Shown: one piece after another, positions 10,006 through 19,111 of the stretch
Layout: each line of letters begins with the position of its first letter
How positions within the stretch are numbered: the first letter of the stretch is position 1
Virus record (IMG/VR): IMGVR_UViG_3300044805_000534
Direction: 5' to 3' (one strand)
DNA: 64,000 nt
Source: an uncultured virus (IMG/VR IMGVR_UViG_3300044805_000534)
Lineage: Duplodnaviria > Heunggongvirae > Uroviricota > Caudoviricetes
Notes under the pieces: generated by a model
The model's input: only the letters and a program-made list of their open reading frames with translations
Told to the model about the DNA's origin: nothing
Databases searched by the model: none
Position numbers and translations under genes: made by a program

Positions 10006-10356
10006 TTAGGCAAAGTATGATATAGTTAGGAAGCTTGCAGCAAGTAATTTTGAATTTGAATGCTCGCCTTGCATTACTTTATAGAAAGGTACTCTGGTTA
10101 AATCTGAGTCAGCTTTTAGCCCGCTAACATTAACAGCAAAACACAGGTCCTTGTCTATTTTTCCTAATTTAAATATTCTAGATTGTTCTAAGTCTTCTAC
10201 CCCAATCTCTTGATACATGCGTTTAATTGCAGAAAAACTCGACGCATCTTTAGCATGATCAATTTTTATTGTAACTGGTTCGCCATCTGGCTTACAGTAA
10301 ATTGCTCGTATTTTTTCTGAATCCGAGACTTCAATTGGTAAAATAATTAGCTCCAC
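10006..10356 (-). CDS. Hypothetical protein, possible degenerate Nudix fold
   Basis: 116 aa (GTG start); SSFSAIKRMYQEIGV resembles an eroded Nudix box. Confidence 0.5.
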   Translation of the reverse strand: MELIILPIEVSDSEKIRAIYCKPDGEPVTIKIDHAKDASSFSAIKRMYQEIGVEDLEQSRIFKLGKIDKDLCFAVNVSGLKADSDLTRVPFYKVMQGEHSNSKLLAASFLTISYFA

Positions 10357-10946
10357 TATTTAGAATCAAGTTTTTTCAGCAAGGCATCTTTAATATGATC
10401 TGCTGTTATTTGATTATTTATATGGTTTGCTAACTCTGTTAAAAATTCTGACTTGTTCTGTGAGTTCTTGTACATCATCTTCAATAAGTTAAGTGAAGGC
10501 AAGTTTACTCTTAAATTTAGGTTTAGTAAAGACTCCTCAGTCGCAAACATTTCAAATATACCTGCAGATTTTAACGTAGCTTGGACCTCAGCTTGAACAG
10601 GTTGACTAACTTTAGGCAAGGCTTCTGCGTTAGTTATATTTGGATCAATTACTGGCCCTCTAATAGACATACATTCGGCTCTAGTTAAAGCTTCTTGTCC
10701 ATCCATAATTGCCATTAATTTAGTATTAAGTTCTTCTAAACTTATACTAGAGCCATCAGCTAATTTTACAGCCATTAGGCCTCCTCTACTAAATACGTCA
10801 ACTACCTTGGTAATTGTTGACATTTTGGTATTATCTGGGGTATTTACCCATTGGTAATCTTTGCCCATAATAAAATCTCTAGTTTGGGCGAGTGCATCAA
10901 TATCGTACATATATTTGTTTATTTTGTTTTTTAACCATTTTATCAT
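10356..10946 (-). CDS. Hypothetical protein
   Basis: 196 aa ORF coupled to the polymerase gene by TAATG; no polymerase motif B or C. Confidence 0.65.
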   Translation of the reverse strand: MIKWLKNKINKYMYDIDALAQTRDFIMGKDYQWVNTPDNTKMSTITKVVDVFSRGGLMAVKLADGSSISLEELNTKLMAIMDGQEALTRAECMSIRGPVIDPNITNAEALPKVSQPVQAEVQATLKSAGIFEMFATEESLLNLNLRVNLPSLNLLKMMYKNSQNKSEFLTELANHINNQITADHIKDALLKKLDSK

Positions 10947-12325
10947 TAGTGTGCGGCTTTTTTCGCTGCTTGTTTTAATTCAGTGATATGCCCTTTAATA
11001 CCCATACGTCGATCGTACATTGATTTTAGTATAACTCGAGCAGCTGAGTCTTTCTTCTTAGTAAAAAGGGTACCATTTTTTGTATAAATTTCATCCTCTT
11101 TAAGAATATGACCAGGTTTCATTTTACCTAAGTATGTATCAGGAGAAATATTAAACTGGATTTGAACGTTAGGGTACATTGACGAAAAGTCAAAGCATGA
11201 AACATATTTATGGTGACCTGGAATAGGCTTACTTACATAGGCACCTTCGTATGTTACCTGTTCGGCTAAATCTCTTTTGTCTGATGCCATTTTCTTACCA
11301 TCTCGTAAAAAGTGGCGACACATTAGGGATTCTGTAATAAACACTGCACTAAAGACTTTCGATACATCAACTTGTGCAGTTTTGGAAATAGCGAAGGCTA
11401 CATCAAGTAGACTTAGCTTATCTTCAATTAATTTAACAAGCATTACGTCAATTGCGTTATACTTTACGAAGTTTTCAACATCTTGTTGAGCTTCCATCAT
11501 TGAACCATATTCGTGATGTAATTTACTTACTCCAAGCACTAATTGAGAAATGTAATCAAGCTTGTAATTTTCAACAACTTTAATTGGTTTAAGGTTCATA
11601 AATACTTCAAGATAATCGAGTAGACCTAAATGAACTGGCGCTTGACCTTTACCGATTAGCCTATCACAAACCATAGATTCCATTGGTTTAATATTAAGGC
11701 GCTTGCATCGATTAATTAGATATTTCCAGTCAAATTCAATTACATTCCAACCTGTAATAAATGGAAGCTTTGGAAGTATTCGATGGAAGAAGGTTGACAT
11801 TAAGTCTTCTTCTTTCTCAAAAAACATATATTTAAGTGTAAATACCTGGCCTTGTGCACTTAGGTATTCATTAATCTCTGCTTCCATTTTAGAAATAGCT
11901 TCGTTATCTAGCTTTTTCATTGTGGATAAAATATAGGTTACATTATCTGGACCACAAAATGAAATTAAGTTTACTGGCATGGCAGCTTTGGCTGGATCGG
12001 GGAACTCGTTTGAAGTTAACTGAATCTCAATATCGAGAAAATATTTCTTTGGAGTATATTCAGAATAGATTTGATCAAGCTCTTCTTTAGTAAAGCTGGT
12101 TTGAATAAGTTCTTCGATTCGGAAGCGACTTAGCCATTTGCTTTTACTTTTATCAACAAATTTATTATCCCAATTTCGATACTCCGAAGGGCGACCCGTC
12201 AGCTTCCAATTAAATTGATCAGCATCGTGGATATGCTTTACTGCATATGCAATATTACCAGCTTCATCATAATATGAAACTACTAGTTTAGAATCTTCTT
12301 GTTTAAATTCAGAGCTTATTATCAT
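10946..12325 (-). CDS. Family B DNA polymerase, N-terminal subunit (3'-5' exonuclease plus motif A; gp43A-like)
   Basis: ExoI FLDIEI, ExoII GWNVIEFDWKYL, YKLDYI, ExoIII YNAIDV, YEGAYV, motif A DFSSMYPN; stops at 459 aa before motifs B and C. Confidence 0.88.
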   Translation of the reverse strand: MIISSEFKQEDSKLVVSYYDEAGNIAYAVKHIHDADQFNWKLTGRPSEYRNWDNKFVDKSKSKWLSRFRIEELIQTSFTKEELDQIYSEYTPKKYFLDIEIQLTSNEFPDPAKAAMPVNLISFCGPDNVTYILSTMKKLDNEAISKMEAEINEYLSAQGQVFTLKYMFFEKEEDLMSTFFHRILPKLPFITGWNVIEFDWKYLINRCKRLNIKPMESMVCDRLIGKGQAPVHLGLLDYLEVFMNLKPIKVVENYKLDYISQLVLGVSKLHHEYGSMMEAQQDVENFVKYNAIDVMLVKLIEDKLSLLDVAFAISKTAQVDVSKVFSAVFITESLMCRHFLRDGKKMASDKRDLAEQVTYEGAYVSKPIPGHHKYVSCFDFSSMYPNVQIQFNISPDTYLGKMKPGHILKEDEIYTKNGTLFTKKKDSAARVILKSMYDRRMGIKGHITELKQAAKKAAH

Positions 12326-12353
12326 TTTATCTTACTTTGGGTTAATATACCAA

Positions 12354-12842
12354 TTAATTTGTTCCAGTGGAACCAAATCCGCCAGAACCTCTATCAGATT
12401 GTGTTGGAAATACCTCAGACTCATTTTCACACTCAATTAATTTTGCTTTAATAATTGGGGTAAGAATAAACTGTACAATTTTATCTCCTGGAGAAACTAA
12501 CGCATCGATTGTTCCACAATTATAGTGATGTAGATGGATTTCCCCTTGGTAATCACAATCTACTACTTGGGCACCAACTTGGAGTCTCTTCTTTGTAGCA
12601 ACCCCGCTTTTATTGAATGCAATTAGAGCTGTATGTAGAGGAAGCCTTGCACGAATACCGCTTGGAATTAAAATGGCTTCACCTGGTTCAAGTATTGCGC
12701 CTTTAAAATCATTTGGAACAAAAAAGTCTATTCCAGCTGAACCGGGAGTTCCGTATTCGGGCGACTTAACGTCTCTAATCTTAATAAATCTAATTAATTC
12801 TCCTCTAGATAGAGGTTTTGGGGTTCTTTTCATTGAATTCAT
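12354..12842 (-). CDS. dut: Trimeric dUTPase
   Basis: SAGIDF, KSG, VVDCDYQGEI, GDKIVQ and RGSGGFGSTG; start at 12842 or 12833 preferred to the ORF-track start. Confidence 0.92.
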   Translation of the reverse strand: MNSMKRTPKPLSRGELIRFIKIRDVKSPEYGTPGSAGIDFFVPNDFKGAILEPGEAILIPSGIRARLPLHTALIAFNKSGVATKKRLQVGAQVVDCDYQGEIHLHHYNCGTIDALVSPGDKIVQFILTPIIKAKLIECENESEVFPTQSDRGSGGFGSTGTN

Positions 12843-12959
12843 GGTGAGTAATTTGATTTTTCGTAATTTCTTATACTGTCTTAGATATACTAAGATCTTT
12901 GCGATGATAAATAATGATAGCAAAGGACAATCTAGACAAAATCTTGAGTCCGAAGTTAA

Positions 12960-12967
12960 ATAAATAA
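12960..12967 (+). promoter_or_regulatory. Putative late promoter (ATAAATAA) for tail sheath
   Basis: T4-late-like TAAATA core about 22 nt before the ATG; motif recurs before other virion genes; gp55-like sigma in window. Confidence 0.65.
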
Positions 12968-12988
12968 CTTAAAAATAGTAGGACCGAA

Positions 12989-15900
12989 ATGGCACAAAAA
13001 TTAAATCTCAATCGCTTTAAATCAAGTGGTGTTTACACAGTTGAAATCGATGAGAGTCAAAACATTGCATTACCTTTAGGAACCGGCCGATTAGTTATCG
13101 GATCGAGTAAAAGAGGACCAATCAATACTGTTGTGGCTTTAAGCGACTTAAACAGCGCGCTAGCAGTTTATGGTGAAAGAGACACTAAACTTGAAAGCAA
13201 GGGTAGTTATTTTCATAGAACTTTAGAAGTAGCTCTAAGAAAAGGCCCAGTTTATGCTTTGAACGTATTGCCAACTGACGATACATTAGACAAAGTAACA
13301 TTTGCAACATTCAACACTGAATCTGCATCATTTAATTCAGATTTTAATGCATCTGCATTCGAGCAACCACTTTCTAGCTTCTTTAATACTCAGAAGTTAT
13401 GGTATGCTGACGAAGACCAGTTCAACAGAACTAAAAATAACGCGTTAAGTTCAGAAGATGACAATAAGATTTTTTCTATTGTTAACTTAGGAAAACGCCC
13501 AGTTACTGTTTGGGCCAAGCTTGCAGACGTTAGCGGATACGATGTAACTGTTAAAGAATACTACAAGGTTACAGGCGGAGACAAAGTAACTATTCCAAGT
13601 TATCTTCACCCAGATGATATCGTTGCTGACTATATTATTGAATTAATTGCAGTAGAAGGCGACTGGTCAGATAATATGAGACTTTCAACTGACCCTGTTT
13701 ATAAAACATACTTTAACGAAAAAGGTTTAATTATGTCTAAACTTAATGGTTTCTTAAATTTAAGAGAAGTTAAGAATATTGCAAGAGTAAACGGCTCAAT
13801 TATTCCTCAATTTAAAGATGCAACTGGTTCAGATATTTCAATTGACAGAGTATTCAACAGATTATTTTCTCAAACCGAATTATTTTGTGCACTAGACGAA
13901 AACAAAATTGAATTGATTGACCTTGACACTGTTTTTGCAAATGCTTCAATGGATTCACACCGAATCGATTTAGCTGGTCATGGTTATACAGACCTTATTG
14001 CAGCAGATTTTCAAGATTACTTTATTGATAATGGTTTTATTGGAGACTACACCGACGCTAATGCTAAATTAGATGTACTTGGTTATAAAGCACCAGTTAA
14101 AAACACAGCAGTATTTGAAGTTACAACTGGAGTTTCAGATTCTAGTAGAGTCGTAACAGAAAACGGTAATCAAATTATTATTGCTCGTGAAGGTACTCAA
14201 CTTTACAACGCATGGTATGATGGATTTATTGTAACTGGTAATGGTTTTATTACTACGCAAAACGGAACGGTTGCATCTAAATATCTTAAAGTTGAATCTG
14301 GATTTACTGAAGTTGTTAACTTAGTTACTAAAAGCTATATTAAAATTAAATGTTTTGATAACGTTGCTTTAACTAATCAAAGCGCAACTATTCCAGTAAT
14401 TACTGTAGTTGATACATTTGTTAAGCTTTCACTAGATATTCATGGAACTAGCACAACAACAAAGGTATTTGATTTTGCAACTGAATTAACTGCAAACAAT
14501 AATGGTCTTGAAATTACTACAACTAAGACTGCTCTTAATAAAATTGAGATGAAAGTTCTTAGCTCAACCTCAGTAACAATAGGAAGTGGTTCTCCAGCTG
14601 TAACAGCAAGTAATGCTGCTTATTTAGATAGCGTTACAGAATTTGTTAAGCCTAATCACTATGTGAAAGCTAAAGCAAATGGAGCAAAACGTTCAAGATT
14701 CTTAAAAATTGTTTCAGTTGCTGGAGCAGACGAAATTTCTTCGGCATCAGTTGTTACAGCAGCTGTCCCAGCTGTTAACGAAACTGCAATTGCAGTTAAC
14801 TCATTTATCACAGGCGCAACTACAATTACCTTAACTGCAGCAAATGCAAATATTGTAATTGGATGCACAGTAGCTGGTACAGGAATTGCAGCTAATACTA
14901 CGGTAACTAATAAAGTAGGAAATGTCTTAACTTTATCTGCGGCAACAACAGCAGGAAGCGGTGGAACTTATACTTTTACTAAAGCTTTAGTTGCAGCGTT
15001 TACTACTGTTACAACAAAAACTTACAAAAAGTTTACAGTTACAACATTAGTACCAAGCGATTCAACTATAATTGGAGTTGACATTGATACTGATATTATT
15101 TTCCATAAAGGTATTAGAAACTATATTACTTCATCTAAAGGCGTTAAGCTAAGCGGATTTGTAATGAGAGATGCTCAACTTCCTAATGGAACTGCTACTA
15201 GACAAGCTGATATTTTAGGTTGGTTATATGAAAACACAAATATTGCAAGCACATTGGCTGAAGGTCAAGCTGTAGATTTTAGATATATTATTGATACTTA
15301 CGAAGGTGATATCTCTGGTTCATCTAAATATTATTTAGCAAAACTTGCAGCAGACAATGGTCAGTGTTTAGCAATCTTAAATGCTCCATCTTACAGACAA
15401 TTAGAGCTTTCAGTTGAACCATCATTCTCTGATTTAACTACAAAATTAGTTTCTGCTAAACATATTGCAGATGGAGGTAATTTGGATCTTAATCCAACTA
15501 CTACATTTAAATTTGTAGATGAAGAAGTTAATGGAGTTCCAATGGCATCTTACGCAGCATACTTTATGCCTAACTTAATTGTAAATGATAATGGTAGAAA
15601 CAAGTCAGTTCCGCCGGCAGCATACGTTGCAAATGCATTTATGAATAAGTACGAAGCAGGCAGACCTTTCTCAATTGTAGCTGGTAAAAATGGTATCTTA
15701 GGAGATCCTGAAATTGTTAATGTTGAATATGAATTATCTCAAGAAGATAGAGATTACTTAGAGCCAGTTGGTTATAACTTAATCGTTCGTCGTAGAGGAT
15801 TTGGTATCATGGTATTTACAAATAATACTGCATATCAAAAAATTAATTCAGCTCTTAATAATACTCACGTTAGAGAAGCTCTTGCAACAATCGAAAAAGA

Positions 15901-16201
15901 TATCGAAAGAATCCTATTCAACTTCTTATTTGATTTTAACGATGAAATTACTCGTTTAAGAATTAAAACATTAGTTGAAGGTTATTTAGATAGAGCTAAA
16001 AATGCACAAGGTGTTGCAAGTTATACAGTAGTATTTGACTCGACCAATAACGGTCCAGAAGTATTATCTGCAAACTCAGCGATTATCGATGTATTCTTAG
16101 ATTTCCCAAGAGGTATTCACAAATTCATCAACCGTATTACAATTACAAGAGTTGGTGGAGGTCTTTCTTCAGAAGCAACTGGATTTATTCCTTCGTTCTA
16201 A
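12989..16201 (+). CDS. Contractile tail sheath protein (gp18-like) with large central insertion
   Basis: N-terminal SSGVYTVEIDES and GSSKRGP; C-terminal VPPAAYV, SALNNTHVRE, FDFNDEITR, VVFDSTNN; 1070 aa. Confidence 0.9.
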   Translation: MAQKLNLNRFKSSGVYTVEIDESQNIALPLGTGRLVIGSSKRGPINTVVALSDLNSALAVYGERDTKLESKGSYFHRTLEVALRKGPVYALNVLPTDDTLDKVTFATFNTESASFNSDFNASAFEQPLSSFFNTQKLWYADEDQFNRTKNNALSSEDDNKIFSIVNLGKRPVTVWAKLADVSGYDVTVKEYYKVTGGDKVTIPSYLHPDDIVADYIIELIAVEGDWSDNMRLSTDPVYKTYFNEKGLIMSKLNGFLNLREVKNIARVNGSIIPQFKDATGSDISIDRVFNRLFSQTELFCALDENKIELIDLDTVFANASMDSHRIDLAGHGYTDLIAADFQDYFIDNGFIGDYTDANAKLDVLGYKAPVKNTAVFEVTTGVSDSSRVVTENGNQIIIAREGTQLYNAWYDGFIVTGNGFITTQNGTVASKYLKVESGFTEVVNLVTKSYIKIKCFDNVALTNQSATIPVITVVDTFVKLSLDIHGTSTTTKVFDFATELTANNNGLEITTTKTALNKIEMKVLSSTSVTIGSGSPAVTASNAAYLDSVTEFVKPNHYVKAKANGAKRSRFLKIVSVAGADEISSASVVTAAVPAVNETAIAVNSFITGATTITLTAANANIVIGCTVAGTGIAANTTVTNKVGNVLTLSAATTAGSGGTYTFTKALVAAFTTVTTKTYKKFTVTTLVPSDSTIIGVDIDTDIIFHKGIRNYITSSKGVKLSGFVMRDAQLPNGTATRQADILGWLYENTNIASTLAEGQAVDFRYIIDTYEGDISGSSKYYLAKLAADNGQCLAILNAPSYRQLELSVEPSFSDLTTKLVSAKHIADGGNLDLNPTTTFKFVDEEVNGVPMASYAAYFMPNLIVNDNGRNKSVPPAAYVANAFMNKYEAGRPFSIVAGKNGILGDPEIVNVEYELSQEDRDYLEPVGYNLIVRRRGFGIMVFTNNTAYQKINSALNNTHVREALATIEKDIERILFNFLFDFNDEITRLRIKTLVEGYLDRAKNAQGVASYTVVFDSTNNGPEVLSANSAIIDVFLDFPRGIHKFINRITITRVGGGLSSEATGFIPSF

Positions 16202-16222
16202 GAACGACTCTTAATAAACAAG

Positions 16223-16248
16223 AAAAGCCGCTAATAGCGGCTTTTTTT
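16223..16248 (+). terminator. Rho-independent terminator, probably bidirectional
   Basis: AAAAGCCGCTA-A-TAGCGGCTTTTTTT between the convergent sheath and groES genes. Confidence 0.9.
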
Positions 16249-16266
16249 ATGTAGTATTAACTGGGA

Positions 16267-16581
16267 TTATCTTTCGCCAGGTTCAAGAAAGGTTGGAGCA
16301 GAGTCTGCTACAATTTTTGCAACAATTTCATGTGCAAGAACCACTAAGTAAGTCTCGCCATTCCATTGCATATCCAATCCAGCATGACGCTGATAGATTA
16401 CTTTATCTCCTGGTTCTAATGGAATAGGTCTTTCTGCTCCGCCGCCTACTGCAATAACTACCCCACTATTAGAGCGTTTTCTAGTATCAGGCGGCAGAAT
16501 TATACCAGTTTCAGTTTTTTTGTTTTGTTCGTCTGGTTTAATAACCACTCGATCGTAAATTGGGATTATTGGTGAGCTCAT
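16267..16581 (-). CDS. groES: Co-chaperonin GroES
   Basis: PIYDRVVIK, KTETGIILP mobile loop, GVVIAVGGG, PGDKVIY, EIVAKI. Confidence 0.92.
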   Translation of the reverse strand: MSSPIIPIYDRVVIKPDEQNKKTETGIILPPDTRKRSNSGVVIAVGGGAERPIPLEPGDKVIYQRHAGLDMQWNGETYLVVLAHEIVAKIVADSAPTFLEPGER

Positions 16582-17687
16582 TTTGAAGAATGATATTTTT
16601 TAAATGCGTTAATGTCAAATCTCTTTATTGAATTAAAATCAAACGACTCTCGGATTGAACCAGAGAGCTTCGCAGGGACATGATCTATTGATAGACATAT
16701 GATCTTAATATTAAAGTCTAAAGTCTTTCTGAATTGATCCTGTAACTCTTGGGAAGCTAACTTAAGCTCCTTAACACTAGCTTCAGTTATCATGTCTTTT
16801 ACATATGGATCGTTTGTTCTTAACTTATGGACTAACATTGACCAATCGCCTTGGTTTTGTTTTAGGGTAGAAATTACAGCTTCAATCTTAGACTTTGTCA
16901 TCTTTGGATGGACTCTAGGAATTGTATCAGATGGATCACCGCCTAATATTTTTAACATTAATTCCTCAGCTGGGTCAACTTCATACTTAACAAAACTTCT
17001 GTGTGTAAATTCTTTAAGAAGTTCATCAAGATTAGAATTGTCAACAGCTGATTCAAAATTAAAAATATCGGCAGGTTTCTCTTCCTGTTTGTTATGTGCA
17101 ACAATTACCCGTTTATTTTTAGTCATCATTTTCGGAGTAACTAAAATAACTGAGCGCTTGCCGCTTTCCAACAATTGGATTAGATCTTTATCTACTGACC
17201 AAATACAAATATCTCCATTAAAATTATCAACAATATGGGCTATTAAATCGTCGCCCTCTGCTCCAAGAATTCTGGCAGAAACTGCGCCCATTTCCTTTAG
17301 TTCAGACATAATCTCATTTTGAAAAAGTTCAAAAAATAGATAAATCTTATCGTCGTATTTACGGGTTCCTTTGTATTCAAATTGGCCTTCTTGTTTATCA
17401 TCTTCTTTAAAAAACTGCTTAATATATTCTTTTCGCCAGCTTTTAGAATCAAAAACGAAGAAAACAGCTCCAGTGCTGCCCTTAAAAGGAGAGACAATGG
17501 AGCTGAAGTAGTTGATAACAAATGTCCTAAATGAAACAGCAGCTTGTTGTTTTAATAAAAACTTGCTGTCATCAAACAAATCATTGACAAAGTACTTTTC
17601 GCCGATGCGCTTGTCTTGTTGTAACATATTCTTGACAATCGAGGCAGAGACATTAAGAAAAGCATTTCCATCAATTACTATATTCAT
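16578..17687 (-). CDS. 5'-3' exonuclease / T4 RNase H-like flap nuclease
   Basis: IVIDGN, FVFD..SWRK, YKGTR, EGDDLIA, SVDKDLIQL, GGDPSDTIP. Confidence 0.88.
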   Translation of the reverse strand: MNIVIDGNAFLNVSASIVKNMLQQDKRIGEKYFVNDLFDDSKFLLKQQAAVSFRTFVINYFSSIVSPFKGSTGAVFFVFDSKSWRKEYIKQFFKEDDKQEGQFEYKGTRKYDDKIYLFFELFQNEIMSELKEMGAVSARILGAEGDDLIAHIVDNFNGDICIWSVDKDLIQLLESGKRSVILVTPKMMTKNKRVIVAHNKQEEKPADIFNFESAVDNSNLDELLKEFTHRSFVKYEVDPAEELMLKILGGDPSDTIPRVHPKMTKSKIEAVISTLKQNQGDWSMLVHKLRTNDPYVKDMITEASVKELKLASQELQDQFRKTLDFNIKIICLSIDHVPAKLSGSIRESFDFNSIKRFDINAFKKYHSSK

Positions 17688-18001
17688 TATTTAGGATTTT
17701 TAGCAGAAGCCTTTGCTTTTTTAGGAGCAGCCTCTTCAGCAGGGGTTTCTTCTTGTGCAGAGTTTGGAGTAATTGTACGAATTGCCTTTGCAATAAGTTC
17801 AGCTTCATCCAAATTATATGCACCCTTAAGTTGGCCGTGATTAGCGGCAGAAATTAGCACGATTAGTGCATGTTCAGGAGATAGGTTTTCTAAAAACTTA
17901 TTATAATCAGCTTTATCTGTGTAAGAAATAGTTGACAATAGATAAGTCTTGGGAGCTTCTTGCTGAACAGTTTCCTCTGTATTTACTTGTTCTTTTGACA
18001 T
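17687..18001 (-). CDS. Hypothetical protein
   Basis: 104 aa ORF between SSB and the exonuclease, TAATG-coupled. Confidence 0.65.
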   Translation of the reverse strand: MSKEQVNTEETVQQEAPKTYLLSTISYTDKADYNKFLENLSPEHALIVLISAANHGQLKGAYNLDEAELIAKAIRTITPNSAQEETPAEEAAPKKAKASAKNPK

Positions 18002-18022
18002 GTATTTAAATTATTTTAAAGA

Positions 18023-19051
18023 TTAAAGATCTGCTAATAGATCGTCAAAGTCATTTGATGGAGCAGCTTTCACTGGAGCAGCTGGTGCTTGTGTTGGAGC
18101 ATCAAAATCATCAAACGCATTGTTTGCAATTGGTTTAGCTGGCGCAGCAAAATCTAAATCATCTGCTACTACTCTGTTTACGGGTTGAGCTGATTTAATC
18201 GCTGAGAAATAAGGTTTAATTCTCTCATCTCTTGTGTTTGCTAAAACTTGATCAAGAATAGATTTATGAGGAATAATTGCTTTAATAAATTCTGCAACTT
18301 TCTCATAGTCTGAATCTGACCACTCTTTGTAGAAGTACTGACTCAAATCTGGAGAGTTTTTCTCCAAGAATCCTTTTACGTAGGTTTGAACCTTTTCTTC
18401 GCCATTTACTGGAAGTTCGCGACCATCATCTAATTTTAAGATTAATGGGCTTGTTTCTGACATAAATTTAGAAGAAGAGTAATCTCTCCAGCTCTTAGTT
18501 TTACGTTTTACTACAAGTACCATGTCTTTTCCTTCAAGCATAGAATAAGGATTGATTTTTCTAATGTTCATCAATTCTGCTTCTGGGTTTAACTCTTGTT
18601 GGATCAAATTATCAATATTGTAGCCAAAGCTATACACTTTAATTTTGCCTTCAAGTTGTGGAAACTGAGGGTCTTTCTTAATGTAAACAAGAGAGTAATA
18701 ATTGTAAGCTCTCATGAAATTCTTTTGAATCTCTTTTACGATTTCAGGTTCTTCGTTTGCTAATTTACGAAGCTCTAAATCAAGCGTCCATAAGATAGAC
18801 GGTTTGCCTAGTGAAGATGGGCAGTCTAGTGTAAATCTTTCGCCTGTCAACGGGTTTGTTAGTCGAGCATAATACTTCTTGTATTTACTCTTAGCTGGAT
18901 CCCCGATCCAAGGAATAAATCTGATTACTGAACGGTAAACTCCATTTTGAGCTTGATCTGGTCCAGGGTTGTAGAGGTTTTCATCTACGCTACGTGCGGT
19001 GCCGGCTTTCGGCGCGGTAAAGTCATCGGTGTTTAAATTGAATAAATCCAT
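18023..19051 (-). CDS. Single-stranded DNA-binding protein (T4 gp32-like)
   Basis: VIRFIP, IKKDPQFPQLEGKIKVY.FG, YSSSKF and acidic C-tail DFDDLLADL. Confidence 0.88.
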   Translation of the reverse strand: MDLFNLNTDDFTAPKAGTARSVDENLYNPGPDQAQNGVYRSVIRFIPWIGDPAKSKYKKYYARLTNPLTGERFTLDCPSSLGKPSILWTLDLELRKLANEEPEIVKEIQKNFMRAYNYYSLVYIKKDPQFPQLEGKIKVYSFGYNIDNLIQQELNPEAELMNIRKINPYSMLEGKDMVLVVKRKTKSWRDYSSSKFMSETSPLILKLDDGRELPVNGEEKVQTYVKGFLEKNSPDLSQYFYKEWSDSDYEKVAEFIKAIIPHKSILDQVLANTRDERIKPYFSAIKSAQPVNRVVADDLDFAAPAKPIANNAFDDFDAPTQAPAAPVKAAPSNDFDDLLADL

Positions 19052-19083
19052 TGTTTCTTTGGTTTTTTAAGTTTATTATAGAT

Positions 19084-19111
19084 ATTTTACCCAATAAACT
19101 GCCAAAGTTTT
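19084..19111 (-). promoter_or_regulatory. Putative early/middle promoter AAAACT-N15-GTAAAAT for SSB operon
   Basis: Same bipartite spacing found upstream of the S1-like and RuvC-like genes. Confidence 0.45.

Noticed and set aside
10356..10946. ORF downstream of the polymerase as the missing polymerase half, via frameshift or readthrough
   Set aside because: No motif B (KxxxNSxYG) or motif C (DTDS); junction is an ordinary TAATG coupling
12843..12923. N-terminal extension of dUTPase in the ORF track
   Set aside because: Overlaps promoter-like elements in the divergent intergenic region; downstream ATGs at 12842/12833 give a normal-sized enzyme
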